Assembly: GCA_964369155.1 (NCBI GenBank)
Contig: CAYJEI010000001.1
Span: forward strand, 607-64,606
DNA: 64,000 bases
Reading direction: 5' to 3'
From: an uncultured Muribaculaceae bacterium
GTDB taxonomy: Bacteria; Bacillota_I; Bacilli_A; RF39; UBA660
The position numbers and the translations under genes are program-made. Shown one piece after another: positions 9,041 to 19,131 of the stretch (position 1 is the first letter of the stretch; each line of letters opens with the position of its first letter). The notes beneath the pieces were generated by a model, which was not told the DNA's origin, did not search any database, and saw nothing but the letters and a program-made list of their open reading frames with translations.

Positions 9041-9952
9041 ATGATAGAAGAAAAAGAAATAAATCTTACTATGGATATTGTATTTAAAATGTTTTTTAAA
9101 ACTGAAGTTAAATATTTAGCGCTTGTTCTTAGTAATGTTTTAGATGAAGATATTAAAGAAAGTAATATAACTTTTCTAGATAAAGAAGAGGAAGGTGATA
9201 GTGCGCTTGATAAAGTTTGTGTACTTGATTTAAAAGTTAAACTTGATAGTGGTGAAATAATATTTATTGATATGCAAAGTTATAAAGAAAAATATTTATA
9301 TGAAAGAATGGAGTTTTATTTATCAAAGCTTACAGTTAAACAGTTAAAAAAATCTGAAAGTTATAGTAAACTTAAGAAAGTTTGTGGTATATTTTTTCTT
9401 AATTATCAAGATGAAAATTTTGATGAATTATTTACAGAAATAAAAGAATATGATACTATTAATGAAAGAGAAGTTAAAAGACTTAGAGAGAAATATATTA
9501 TTAATTTAACACATTTAGATAGAAATGAAATATTTAATAAAGATATGATGAATTTACTTAAGTTTATGACTTTAAAAAAAGAAAAGGATAGGAAAGATAT
9601 GGCAATTACTGATGAAAAATTAAAAGAAGCTTATGAAGCAATGGCTAAAATTAATTCTGATCCACTAGTTGAAGAATATATTTGGGCAAAAGAAAATGAA
9701 GAAAGAAGAAGGTTGCAAAGTATAAGTGATGCTAAGGAATTTGCAATGGAAGAAGGTTATGCAAATGGACGTATAGCTGGCCATGCTGAGGGTCATGCTG
9801 AAGGCCATGCTGAAGGTCATGCTCGAGGAATTGCTCAAGAGAAGTCTAACGTTGTTAAAGAAATGTATAAAAATAGGCTTGATATAGATTTGATAAGTAA
9901 TGTAACAAAATTATCGGAAAATGAAATTAAAAAGATATTAGATATAGAATAA
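9041..9952 (+). CDS. Rpn-family (YhgA-like, PD-(D/E)XK) recombination-promoting nuclease / putative transposase
   Basis: Typical Rpn layout with C-terminal (GHAE)x4 repeat and LSENEIKKIL tail; RBS AAAGGAAAA before ATG 9041. Confidence 0.65.
   Translation: MIEEKEINLTMDIVFKMFFKTEVKYLALVLSNVLDEDIKESNITFLDKEEEGDSALDKVCVLDLKVKLDSGEIIFIDMQSYKEKYLYERMEFYLSKLTVKQLKKSESYSKLKKVCGIFFLNYQDENFDELFTEIKEYDTINEREVKRLREKYIINLTHLDRNEIFNKDMMNLLKFMTLKKEKDRKDMAITDEKLKEAYEAMAKINSDPLVEEYIWAKENEERRRLQSISDAKEFAMEEGYANGRIAGHAEGHAEGHAEGHARGIAQEKSNVVKEMYKNRLDIDLISNVTKLSENEIKKILDIE
9779..9826 (+). repeat. Four tandem 12-nt repeats (GGYCATGCTGAR) encoding GHAEGHAEGHAEGHA
   Basis: Read directly inside the Rpn-family gene. 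Confidence 0.9.
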
Positions 9953-10043
9953 AATATATTTAATATCTTTTTTATTAATAAAATATGAAAATACTTTTAA
10001 TATTTCTTATTATAAGATATAATTATTTAAGAAAGTTGGTTAT

Positions 10044-12164
10044 ATGAATTTAAATTTAATAAAAGAAGTAAGTTTAGAACTTAGTTTAAATGAAAAAGAT
10101 TGTGAAGCTGTTTTAAAACTTTTAGAAGAAGGTAATACAGTACCTTTTATAGCGAGATATAGAAAAGAAGCAACACATGGAATGGACGAAGAGCAAATTA
10201 GATTAATATCACTTAGATATGAATATATTGTTAATTTAGAAAAGAAAAAAGATGATGTAAAAAGATTGATTGATGAAAAGGGTCTTCTTACTGATGATTT
10301 AGTAAATAATATTAATAAAGCTACTAAGCTTGTTGAACTTGATGATATTTATCGTCCGTTTAAAGAAAAGAAAAAAACAAAAGCTACTGATGCGATTAAT
10401 AATGGTTTAGAACCTCTCGCAAAAGGTATTATGGCTTTTCCAACTAGTGGTTCTTTAGAAGAGATGGCTAGTAAATATGTAAATGAAAATGTTAAAAGTG
10501 TTGATGATGCGATTACTGGAGCTAAATATATTATTGCTGAGTGGATTAGTGATAATGCTTTTTATAGAAAGTATATTAGAGATAATATTTTTAAATTTGG
10601 AAGTGTAGTTACTAAGAAGAAAAAAGATGCAGTAGATGAGTCTAAAACATATGAAATGTATTATGAATTTAGTGAGAAAATTAGTTATGCTAAAGCACAC
10701 AGAGTACTTGCATTTAATAGAGCTGAAAATGAAAAAATAATATCAGTTTCACTTGATTATGATAAAACTAGAATACTTGATTTTTTAGAGAAAAAAATTA
10801 TTAAGAATAGTGATAGTTTTACTGCTTTAGAAGTTAAAGACGCTATAGCTGATTCTTTTAAAAGACTTATTTATCCTTCTGTTGAAAGAGAAATAAGAAG
10901 TGAGCTTACTAGTATGGCAGAGGTGCAAGCTATTGAAAATTTTAGTGAAAATCTTAAAAATTTACTAATGCAGCCACCAATGAAAGAAAAAGTTATTTTA
11001 GCACTTGATCCAGCTTATAGAACAGGTTGTAAACTTGCTGTTCTTGATAAAAATGGTAAAGTTTTAGATATATCAGTAATATATCCACATGAACCTAAAA
11101 ATGACAAAGCAGGAAGTGCTAAAAAGGTTTTAGAACTTATAAATAAGTATGATGTTGATATTGTTGCAATAGGTAATGGAACTGCATCACGTGAGTCAGA
11201 AGAATTTATTGCCAAGCTTATTAATGATGGTAATTTAAAATCTCAGTATATTATTGTTAATGAAGCAGGAGCATCTGTATATTCAGCTAGTAAACTAGCT
11301 ATAAGCGAGTTTCCAGATTACTCTGTAGAGCAAAGAAGTGCAGTATCAATTGGTAGAAGACTTCAAGACCCACTTTCAGAACTTGTTAAAATTGATCCAG
11401 AATCAATAGGTGTTGGCTTATATCAACATGATGTTGCGAATAAATCATTAAAAGAGTCACTAGATTTTGTTGTATTATCATCAGTTAATAGTGTAGGAGT
11501 AGACGTAAATACAGCAAGTATAGCTTTATTTAAATACGTTTCAGGTATCACTAGTAAGATGGCTGAAAAATTAATTGCTTATAGAGAAAAATCTAAAAAA
11601 ATTTCATCAAGAATAGAGCTTAAAAAAATACTAAGTGATAAGGTATACCAGCAGGCTATTGGTTTTATGAGGATAAATGACGGAGATAATTTACTTGATG
11701 AGACTGCAATACATCCAGAAAGTTATGATATTGCTACTTTAATTTTAAAAGATAACAATCTAAGTATAAGTGATATAGGAACTGAAAAAGTATTGAAAAT
11801 CAATTTTGTAAATAAATATGATATAGATAACTATACATTTGATGATATAGTAGATTCATTTAAAAAACCAAAAAGAGATCCAAGAGATGAGTTTGATAAA
11901 CCAATTTTAAAATCTAGTATCTTAAAATTAGAAGATTTAAAACTTGGAGATGAATTACAGGGTACTGTAAGAAATGTTATAGATTTTGGAGCTTTTGTAG
12001 ATATTGGACTTAAAAATGATGGACTTGTTCATATATCTAAAATAACTAAAGAGTATATAAAACATCCATCAGAAGTTTTATCTATTGGTCAAATTATTAC
12101 TTGCCATGTTGAAAAAATTGATTTAAAAAAGAAAAAAGTATCACTTACAATGTTAGGAGAATAA
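10044..12164 (+). CDS. tex: Transcription accessory protein Tex (YqgF/HhH/S1 domains)
   Basis: 706 aa; N-terminal FIARYRKE motif, C-terminal S1 domain. Confidence 0.9.
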   Translation: MNLNLIKEVSLELSLNEKDCEAVLKLLEEGNTVPFIARYRKEATHGMDEEQIRLISLRYEYIVNLEKKKDDVKRLIDEKGLLTDDLVNNINKATKLVELDDIYRPFKEKKKTKATDAINNGLEPLAKGIMAFPTSGSLEEMASKYVNENVKSVDDAITGAKYIIAEWISDNAFYRKYIRDNIFKFGSVVTKKKKDAVDESKTYEMYYEFSEKISYAKAHRVLAFNRAENEKIISVSLDYDKTRILDFLEKKIIKNSDSFTALEVKDAIADSFKRLIYPSVEREIRSELTSMAEVQAIENFSENLKNLLMQPPMKEKVILALDPAYRTGCKLAVLDKNGKVLDISVIYPHEPKNDKAGSAKKVLELINKYDVDIVAIGNGTASRESEEFIAKLINDGNLKSQYIIVNEAGASVYSASKLAISEFPDYSVEQRSAVSIGRRLQDPLSELVKIDPESIGVGLYQHDVANKSLKESLDFVVLSSVNSVGVDVNTASIALFKYVSGITSKMAEKLIAYREKSKKISSRIELKKILSDKVYQQAIGFMRINDGDNLLDETAIHPESYDIATLILKDNNLSISDIGTEKVLKINFVNKYDIDNYTFDDIVDSFKKPKRDPRDEFDKPILKSSILKLEDLKLGDELQGTVRNVIDFGAFVDIGLKNDGLVHISKITKEYIKHPSEVLSIGQIITCHVEKIDLKKKKVSLTMLGE

Positions 12165-12166
12165 AA

Positions 12167-12589
12167 ATGAAATTCAAAATTATTAGTTTATTTTTAATTA
12201 CTTTAGTTCTTACTACAGGATGTTTTAATAATAAAGAAGAACTTGTGTGTTCAACAACTGAAGTTATTGATAGCTACGAGTTTAATGTGGATTATACATA
12301 TGAATTTGATTCAGACGGAGAAACTTTAAAATATTCATCTATAAAAACATCACTTCCAGGTGAGACAGATGAAAGTATTTTAGAGGAACTTGAAAAGGTA
12401 TGTGATGTTTACATTGGCGTTCAAGGTATAGAATGTAAAATGAATATTAATCCTGGAGAATACGAAGCATTAATTACAGTTGATATAAGTAAAGTTTCTA
12501 CTGATACACTAAAAAGTATGAATTTAGAAAATATAACTTATGACAGTATTCGTGAAACCTTAGAAAAAAATGAATACATGTGTGAATAA
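12167..12589 (+). CDS. Small Cys-rich lipoprotein (paralog A)
   Basis: Lipobox LTTGC; 4 conserved Cys; ends YMCE. Confidence 0.6.
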   Translation: MKFKIISLFLITLVLTTGCFNNKEELVCSTTEVIDSYEFNVDYTYEFDSDGETLKYSSIKTSLPGETDESILEELEKVCDVYIGVQGIECKMNINPGEYEALITVDISKVSTDTLKSMNLENITYDSIRETLEKNEYMCE

Positions 12590-13029
12590 TGAAAGCTGGA
12601 AAAATTATTATCTTGCTGTTTTTATTAATATGTGTAACTGGTTGTAAAAGCAATTTACTTACCGAAAATATAAGTCTTTCATGTGAATATAAAAGTAATG
12701 ATCAAGAAATGGAAAATGTAACTAGCTATTTAGATGCAGTATATGATGAAGCTGGTGAGACTTTATTATCAAGAACTGTTGTTACGAATATTGATTTTAA
12801 AGCACCGATAAATGTTTCAGTAGAAGATTTAAACAAAGATTGTGATCCCTATAAAGATATAAAAGGAGTTAGTTGTAAAGTTACAGCTAATGAAAATATT
12901 TATTCGATAAGAATAGATTATGATTATAATCTCATTACTAATGATTTTTTAGAGGAAGATAACTTTTATCCGTTACCACTTAGTGACTATAAAGAAATAC
13001 TAAAAACAAGTGGGTACATATGTGATTAA
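12589..13029 (+). CDS. Small Cys-rich lipoprotein (paralog B)
   Basis: Lipobox VTGC; same Cys spacing as paralog A; ends YICD. Confidence 0.6.
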   Translation: MKAGKIIILLFLLICVTGCKSNLLTENISLSCEYKSNDQEMENVTSYLDAVYDEAGETLLSRTVVTNIDFKAPINVSVEDLNKDCDPYKDIKGVSCKVTANENIYSIRIDYDYNLITNDFLEEDNFYPLPLSDYKEILKTSGYICD

Positions 13030-13054
13030 GCATTTTAATAATGCTTTTTTTATG
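13027..13054 (+). terminator. Rho-independent terminator
   Basis: AAGCATT-ttaat-AATGCTT + T7. Confidence 0.6.
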
Positions 13055-13079
13055 TTAGAATAAAAACAAGGAGAAAAAA

Positions 13080-14264
13080 ATGCAAGTAGAAATAATAAGA
13101 TTAGATGATAATGCTAGAGGAATAGGATACGTTGATGGAAAAATAGTTTTTGTACCTAAGACAATTCCTGGTGATATAGTTGAGATAAATATTACATTAG
13201 ATAAGAAAAAATATAGTGAGGCTGTAGTAACTAAGTATGTTAAAAATGCTAAAAATAAAATAGAGCCAGTTTGTCCTTATTTTGATAAGTGTGGAGGATG
13301 TCAACTATTAAATGTAAGCTATGAAGATGGAATTAATAGTAAAATTGCAATTTTTGAAAATAATTTAAAAAGATCAGGTTTTAACCAAAAAGTAGTATTA
13401 ACTAAAAATGAAAATCATTATAATTATAGAAATAAAGTTACTCTAAAAATAGTAGATGGAAAAATAGGTTTTTATGAAAAAAGTACAAATAATTTAACTG
13501 AAATTAATTATTGTCATTTAGGTAGTAATATAATAAATAAATATATTAGTGAAATTTCAAAACTAAAATTAATAAATGCAACTGTATCTATAAGAAGCAA
13601 TTTTAGAAATGAAGTAATGATAATTGTAGATACTAAAAATAAAGTTGAAATTGATTTGCTTAACTTAGAAGATGTAGTAGGTGTTATTGTAAATAATGAA
13701 ATTAAATACGGCACAATGTACTTAAATGATAACTTAAATGGTTTAAATTATGAAATATCTTATGACTCTTTCTTTCAAGTTAATCCATATATTACATCTA
13801 AAGTTATTGATTTAATTAATAAAAATTTAACTAAAGATGATGTAGTATTAGACTTATATTGTGGAGTCGGGACACTTGGTTTAGCAGCAGCAAATTCTGT
13901 TAAAAAAGTATATGGTATAGAAAAATATAAAAATGCAGTCATAAATGCAAAAAATAACACTATTTTAAATAATATAGAAAATGCCAGTTTTAAAATAGGT
14001 GATTTATCAAAAAACATAAAGCTAAGCAGTGACATCAATACTTTTATAGTAGATCCACCAAGAGCAGGACTTGATAAACCAGTAATTGATACAATATCTG
14101 AATTTAAACCAAATAAAATTATTTATATGTCATGTAATCCTAATACATTAATAAGAGATTTAAAGTTATTAAGTGAAAATTACGAATTTGATTATATAGC
14201 AGCCTTTGATATGTTTAGTTTCACAGCTCATGTTGAGTGCGTAGTTACACTATGTCGTAAATAA
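13080..14264 (+). CDS. rlmCD: 23S rRNA (uracil-C5)-methyltransferase RlmCD/RumA family (TRAM + Fe-S cluster Cys + SAM MTase)
   Basis: CPYFDKCGGCQL cluster, C-terminal MTase motifs. Confidence 0.85.
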   Translation: MQVEIIRLDDNARGIGYVDGKIVFVPKTIPGDIVEINITLDKKKYSEAVVTKYVKNAKNKIEPVCPYFDKCGGCQLLNVSYEDGINSKIAIFENNLKRSGFNQKVVLTKNENHYNYRNKVTLKIVDGKIGFYEKSTNNLTEINYCHLGSNIINKYISEISKLKLINATVSIRSNFRNEVMIIVDTKNKVEIDLLNLEDVVGVIVNNEIKYGTMYLNDNLNGLNYEISYDSFFQVNPYITSKVIDLINKNLTKDDVVLDLYCGVGTLGLAAANSVKKVYGIEKYKNAVINAKNNTILNNIENASFKIGDLSKNIKLSSDINTFIVDPPRAGLDKPVIDTISEFKPNKIIYMSCNPNTLIRDLKLLSENYEFDYIAAFDMFSFTAHVECVVTLCRK

Positions 14265-14266
14265 AC

Positions 14267-14296
14267 GTTTAAAACCTTACAAAATAAGGTTTTTTT
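14267..14296 (+). terminator. Rho-independent terminator
   Basis: AAAACCTTA-caaaa-TAAGGTTTT + T-run. Confidence 0.7.
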
Positions 14297-14377
14297 GATG
14301 TTTCGGAAAAATGCAAAATAATCTAAAAAAGATGAAAAAAGGAAGATTTTTGAAAAATATCCATTTTTTAAAAAATA

Positions 14378-14403
14378 GTTGAAACATATAAACATGTTTC
14401 AAC
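14378..14403. promoter_or_regulatory. Perfect 10-bp palindrome GTTGAAACAT-ataaac-ATGTTTCAAC (candidate operator)
   Basis: Read directly. Confidence 0.35.
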
Positions 14404-14686
14404 ATACAACCTATAAATTAGAAAAATGTTGATTTCTCTAAGGGCTTGTATTTTAAGTAAATATATCAATATAAACTTATTAAGTTCGCTAGAAGTAGTG
14501 GTAGATTAATGTTATAATATTAAATATAAGAAAAAGCACTGAGTAGAAAGGAACTATAGCTATGAAAAATAAATTAAGTAATAATATATATACAGAAATT
14601 AAAGAAACACTAAATAATTCACAAAATAACATAGTAACTAATATTAATAATGGTAAATTATTAATTGATAAAAGATAAGAAATAAA

Positions 14687-15439
14687 ATGATTTTAAGTAA
14701 AGAAAAAGAAAATTTAATAAAAAAAGAAAGCATCTTAGGACATAATAATTCTATTTGTTTTTTTCATGAAAACATGGTTTATAAATTTTATATGACAAAT
14801 AAATGTTTTGAGGTAGAAAAAAATATAGAGAAACAGTTTTCTTTATCAATTCCAGGTTTTTCTTTTCCAAAAGAATTTTTACAAAATGAAGATGACATTA
14901 CAATAGGTCATACTTGTGATTATGTAAATGGTTGCACATTATACGAACTAAAGCATAAAAAAGACTACGATATAAATTTATTAATAAATATGTTAGAAGG
15001 TTTTGAAAAAAATTTAAAAATACTCAATGATAATAATTTATTAATAATAGACTCACACTCAGGAAATTTTATAGTAAATAACAATAATCTAATTAACATT
15101 GATACTAAATTTTTTGAATATCAAGAAAATTTAAAAATGGAAATGCAGTATAAATCTATATTAAACTCATTAGAATACTCATTTCTTTTTAATAAAAGTA
15201 TGTTTTATGATGATCAACACTATAAAATAATGGGAAAAGGAATTGAAAAATTTTATGTTAATGTTATGGAAAATGGAAGTATACCACCAAGTGAGTTTTT
15301 TTACCAAATAAAAAGATATTTAGAATATCAAGAATCAAGAGAAATTAGAACAATAGAAGAATATGAAATAGCAATTGCTAATTTAAGAAAAAATAATTTT
15401 CAAAAGTCATTAAGAAGAATAGGTATTAATTACATATAA
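14687..15439 (+). CDS. Hypothetical protein, possibly atypical kinase-like fold
   Basis: IIDSHSGNFIV...INIDTKFF resembles the HxDxxxxN/DFG region of APH-type kinases; weak. Confidence 0.4.
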   Translation: MILSKEKENLIKKESILGHNNSICFFHENMVYKFYMTNKCFEVEKNIEKQFSLSIPGFSFPKEFLQNEDDITIGHTCDYVNGCTLYELKHKKDYDINLLINMLEGFEKNLKILNDNNLLIIDSHSGNFIVNNNNLINIDTKFFEYQENLKMEMQYKSILNSLEYSFLFNKSMFYDDQHYKIMGKGIEKFYVNVMENGSIPPSEFFYQIKRYLEYQESREIRTIEEYEIAIANLRKNNFQKSLRRIGINYI

Positions 15440-15442
15440 TAT

Positions 15443-15862
15443 TTATAATTTTTTTATTCTAGCATACCCAATTTCTTTATCTATTAGAGTTACATCAGTA
15501 ATAATTTTATTACCTTTTTTTGTAAAAGAGTTTTCGTGCTCAGCTATAAAAAAATCTAGTAATTCATGGCAAAATAATAAGTCTTCTTTTAATAGCATTT
15601 TTTTTTCTTTCATATCGAAGATATGAGAAGTAATAATAAAAAACAGTTCCAAATCATATTTCTCAATCGCATGTATTAATGGGTGAGAAGTATCTTTGTG
15701 TAGTATAGCTCCATTATAAACAGTTTTCAAGCCATTATCCCTTAAAGGAATTAATAAGTGATGATAGGATAGAAATTTTAAATTTTCGAAAGGGAAACCT
15801 AAAAAATCTAATTCAAGGGATTTGAGTGCATATTTTTCAATTAATTTTTTTTTAACCGACAT
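15443..15862 (-). CDS. Hypothetical protein
   Basis: 139-aa ORF, convergent with upstream gene. Confidence 0.45.
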   Translation of the reverse strand: MSVKKKLIEKYALKSLELDFLGFPFENLKFLSYHHLLIPLRDNGLKTVYNGAILHKDTSHPLIHAIEKYDLELFFIITSHIFDMKEKKMLLKEDLLFCHELLDFFIAEHENSFTKKGNKIITDVTLIDKEIGYARIKKL

Positions 15863-15972
15863 AGCCCCTCCATAATCTTTAATTTTATTATACTACTCTT
15901 CAAAAAAAATACAATATGTATTATACATTTTTTTGATTATTTGATATAATTATTTTGGAATTAGAGGTAAAA

Positions 15973-16650
15973 ATGAAAAGAATAGGTATGCTTGTAGCAA
16001 TAGAAATAGAATCAGTTATGAAGTTATATAACGATAAATTAGAAAAGTTAGAAAGTAAAGCATATATGGTTTATAAATATAAGTTTTCTGAATATGAACT
16101 TTATATATTAAAATCAGGCGCTGGCCAAATTGCAGCAGCCGCGGGATGTCAGTACTTAATTGATAAATACAATGTTGAAATAATAGTTAATTTTGGTATA
16201 GTAGGAGGATTGACAAGTGATATGTCACTTCATAAAACATGTATTATTGAAAAAATAGTTCATTATGATTTTGATACATCAGCTATCGATAATTGTGAAG
16301 TAGGAAGATATGTTAATTATCCGGAACTTTACTTATATACTAGTAAAAATTTACTTAAAAAAACTCATAATTTATTGCCTAATTTAAAAATAGTAACATG
16401 TGCATCAGGTGATAAATTTGTTGCGAATTCTTCTTTAAAAAAATACTTAAATAGTGAATTTAAAGCAGATATCGTAGAAATGGAAGCAGCAGCAATACAG
16501 CTTATATGTGATAAAAATAATGTATCTACTCTAATGATTAAAACTGTATCAGATTCTATTGAAGGTGGAGCAAGTGAATATATTAGTGAAGCTGTTGAAT
16601 CTGCTAATAAGTGTATATTAGTATTAGATAAAATAATAAAAGAAATATAA
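15973..16650 (+). CDS. mtnN: 5'-methylthioadenosine/S-adenosylhomocysteine nucleosidase
   Basis: KRIGMLVAIEIE start, EMEAAAI motif; ATG 15973 preceded by GAGG RBS. Confidence 0.85.
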   Translation: MKRIGMLVAIEIESVMKLYNDKLEKLESKAYMVYKYKFSEYELYILKSGAGQIAAAAGCQYLIDKYNVEIIVNFGIVGGLTSDMSLHKTCIIEKIVHYDFDTSAIDNCEVGRYVNYPELYLYTSKNLLKKTHNLLPNLKIVTCASGDKFVANSSLKKYLNSEFKADIVEMEAAAIQLICDKNNVSTLMIKTVSDSIEGGASEYISEAVESANKCILVLDKIIKEI

Positions 16651-16725
16651 GTTGAAAATTTTGTGAAAAATAAGTAATATGTTTTACTTATTTTTTATTT
16701 AGTGGTAAAATATATGTGTTAGAGA

Positions 16726-17367
16726 GTGGAATATTTGAAAAAAATAATTAAATATTTTCTGGTTGTATTTTTAGTTTCAGTGATTTATGTTATATGCGTA
16801 AATTTTTTTGTTGTATTTAAAACTATTAATAATATTATTCCCATAGGAGATATAGAGGATAAGGATTACGATTTAATTGTTATTTTAGGAGCTTCTGTTA
16901 AAGGAGATGAACCAAGTTTAATGCTTGAAGATAGAATTAAAACAGGAATTGATTTATATGAGCTTGGTCATTCATCTAAAATATTAATGAGTGGTGATAA
17001 TAGCACAAAATATTACGATGAAGTTAATGTAATGAAGGACTATGCACTAAATGAAGGTGTTGATATTAATGCGATTTATTTAGATCATGCAGGACTTTCT
17101 ACTTACGAAAGTATCTACCGCATAAAAGAAAATCTAGAGACAGATAAAATATTAATAGTAAGTCAAGAATATCATTTATATAGAGCTCTTTACATTGCTG
17201 AATCACTAGGAATAGATGCTGATGGAATAGCTTCAGATGGAAGTAACTACAGTGGGCAACTATTCCGTGAAATCAGGGAAATAGGCGCTCGTAATAAAGA
17301 TTTTATTTTGAGTTTATTTAAACCAATACCAAATGACTTAGAAGAAAATATACCACAAAATAATTAG
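16726..17367 (+). CDS. DUF218/SanA(YdcF)-like membrane-anchored protein
   Basis: N-terminal TM, LIVILGASV...LMSGDNS...ILIVSQEYH. Confidence 0.7.
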   Translation: MEYLKKIIKYFLVVFLVSVIYVICVNFFVVFKTINNIIPIGDIEDKDYDLIVILGASVKGDEPSLMLEDRIKTGIDLYELGHSSKILMSGDNSTKYYDEVNVMKDYALNEGVDINAIYLDHAGLSTYESIYRIKENLETDKILIVSQEYHLYRALYIAESLGIDADGIASDGSNYSGQLFREIREIGARNKDFILSLFKPIPNDLEENIPQNN

Positions 17368-17379
17368 AAAAGAGGAAAA

Positions 17380-19131
17380 ATGTTTAAACTATTAAAAAAC
17401 ATTAAATTAAAAGAAGTTTTGTTAATTATACCTGTAATAGCATTCGTTGTATTACAAGTATGGCTAGATTTAAAACTTCCAGATTATATGTCAGAGATGA
17501 CTATGATTTTACAAAGTCCTGGACACGAAGTTTCAGATATACTAGATCCAGGATTAAAAATGGTACTTTGTGCATTAGGAAGCTTTTTAGCTGCTGTTTG
17601 TACAGGATATTTTGTTGCATATATAGCTGCTTCGTTTTCACAAAGAATCAGAAAAGATGTATTTAATAAAGTATCTGATTTTGGAATGGAGGAAATAAAG
17701 AAGTTTTCAGTTAGTAGTCTTATAGTAAGAACTACTAATGATGTATTAAATGTTCAAAGATTTGTAGCTATGGGACTTCAAGTAATAATAAAAGCTCCAA
17801 TTTTAGCAATATGGGCTGTTTCTAAAATAGCTTCAACAAGTACAGAATGGTCTACACTTACTGGATTAGCAGTATTAGCATTATTTATTTTTGTAATTAT
17901 AGTAGTAGTTTTAGCATATCCGAAAACTAAAAGAATTCAAAAGCTTACAGATAAACTTAACACTGATGTAAATGAAAATATTACAGGTGTAAGAGTTATT
18001 AAAGCATTTAATGCCAAAAATTATCAATTGAATAAATTTTCAGATACGAATGCTGATTTAACTAAAACAAATATATTTATAAATAATCTAATGGCTATAT
18101 TAATGCCGTTTATGACACTAATTATGTCATCGCTTTCTTTAGGGATATATTTTACAGGAGCATACTTAATTAATGAGGCAAATCTTATAGATAGATTAGA
18201 TTTATTTAGTAATATGGTAGTATTTTCATCTTATGCAGTTCAAGTAATAATGGCATTTATGATGCTAGTTATAATTATCATTATATTTCCAAGAGCTGCC
18301 GTCTCTGGAGCTAGAATTAATGAAATTTTACATACTAAAACTAAAATAAAAAGTGGAAACTTTAAAGAAGAAACAGAAATAAAAGGTAAAATTGAATTTA
18401 CCGATGTACACTTTAAATATAGCGATGCTGAAGATAGTGCACTTTCGAAAATAAGTTTTACAATAAATAAAGGACAGACTGTTGCTATTATAGGTGGTAC
18501 AGCTTCAGGTAAGACTTCACTTATTAATTTAATGCCAAGATTCTACGATGCAACAAGCGGTTTTATAAAAATTAATGATCGTGATATTAAAGAATATGAT
18601 TTAGAATATTTATATAGTAAATTTGGTTTTGTGCCCCAAAAATCAGTAATATTTGGCGGAACAGTTAAATCAAATGTAACTTATGGAACACCAGACATTA
18701 GCGAAAAAGATATTATGGATGCGATAGAAGTTGCGCAAGCGAAAAATTTTATAAGTGAGCTTGATAAAGGATTAGAAGCGAGTTTAGCTGCTAGAGGTAC
18801 TAATATATCTGGTGGCCAAAAACAAAGAGTTTCCATCGCAAGAGCAGTAGCAAGAAAACCTGAATTTTATGTGTTTGATGATTCATTTTCAGCACTAGAT
18901 TATAAAACTGATTCACTTCTTAGAAAAGCTTTGAAAAAATATACAAAAGATACAACAACAATAATTGTTGCACAAAGAGTTGGTACAATTATGAATGCTG
19001 ATAAAATACTAGTGATGGAAGAAGGTAAAATAGTAGGAGAGGGAACTCACAAAGAATTACTTAAAAACTGCCCATTATATAAAGAAATCGCAACAACGCA
19101 GTTATCAGAAAAGGAGCTAGAAAATGAGTAG
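17380..19131 (+). CDS. ABC exporter, fused permease/ATPase subunit 1
   Basis: 6 TM N-domain; Walker A GGTASGKTS, signature ISGGQKQR. Confidence 0.9.
   Translation: MFKLLKNIKLKEVLLIIPVIAFVVLQVWLDLKLPDYMSEMTMILQSPGHEVSDILDPGLKMVLCALGSFLAAVCTGYFVAYIAASFSQRIRKDVFNKVSDFGMEEIKKFSVSSLIVRTTNDVLNVQRFVAMGLQVIIKAPILAIWAVSKIASTSTEWSTLTGLAVLALFIFVIIVVVLAYPKTKRIQKLTDKLNTDVNENITGVRVIKAFNAKNYQLNKFSDTNADLTKTNIFINNLMAILMPFMTLIMSSLSLGIYFTGAYLINEANLIDRLDLFSNMVVFSSYAVQVIMAFMMLVIIIIIFPRAAVSGARINEILHTKTKIKSGNFKEETEIKGKIEFTDVHFKYSDAEDSALSKISFTINKGQTVAIIGGTASGKTSLINLMPRFYDATSGFIKINDRDIKEYDLEYLYSKFGFVPQKSVIFGGTVKSNVTYGTPDISEKDIMDAIEVAQAKNFISELDKGLEASLAARGTNISGGQKQRVSIARAVARKPEFYVFDDSFSALDYKTDSLLRKALKKYTKDTTTIIVAQRVGTIMNADKILVMEEGKIVGEGTHKELLKNCPLYKEIATTQLSEKELENE

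Noticed and set aside
17460-17666. 68-aa internal ORF in ABC transporter gene
   Set aside because: Alternate frame inside a well-supported CDS.
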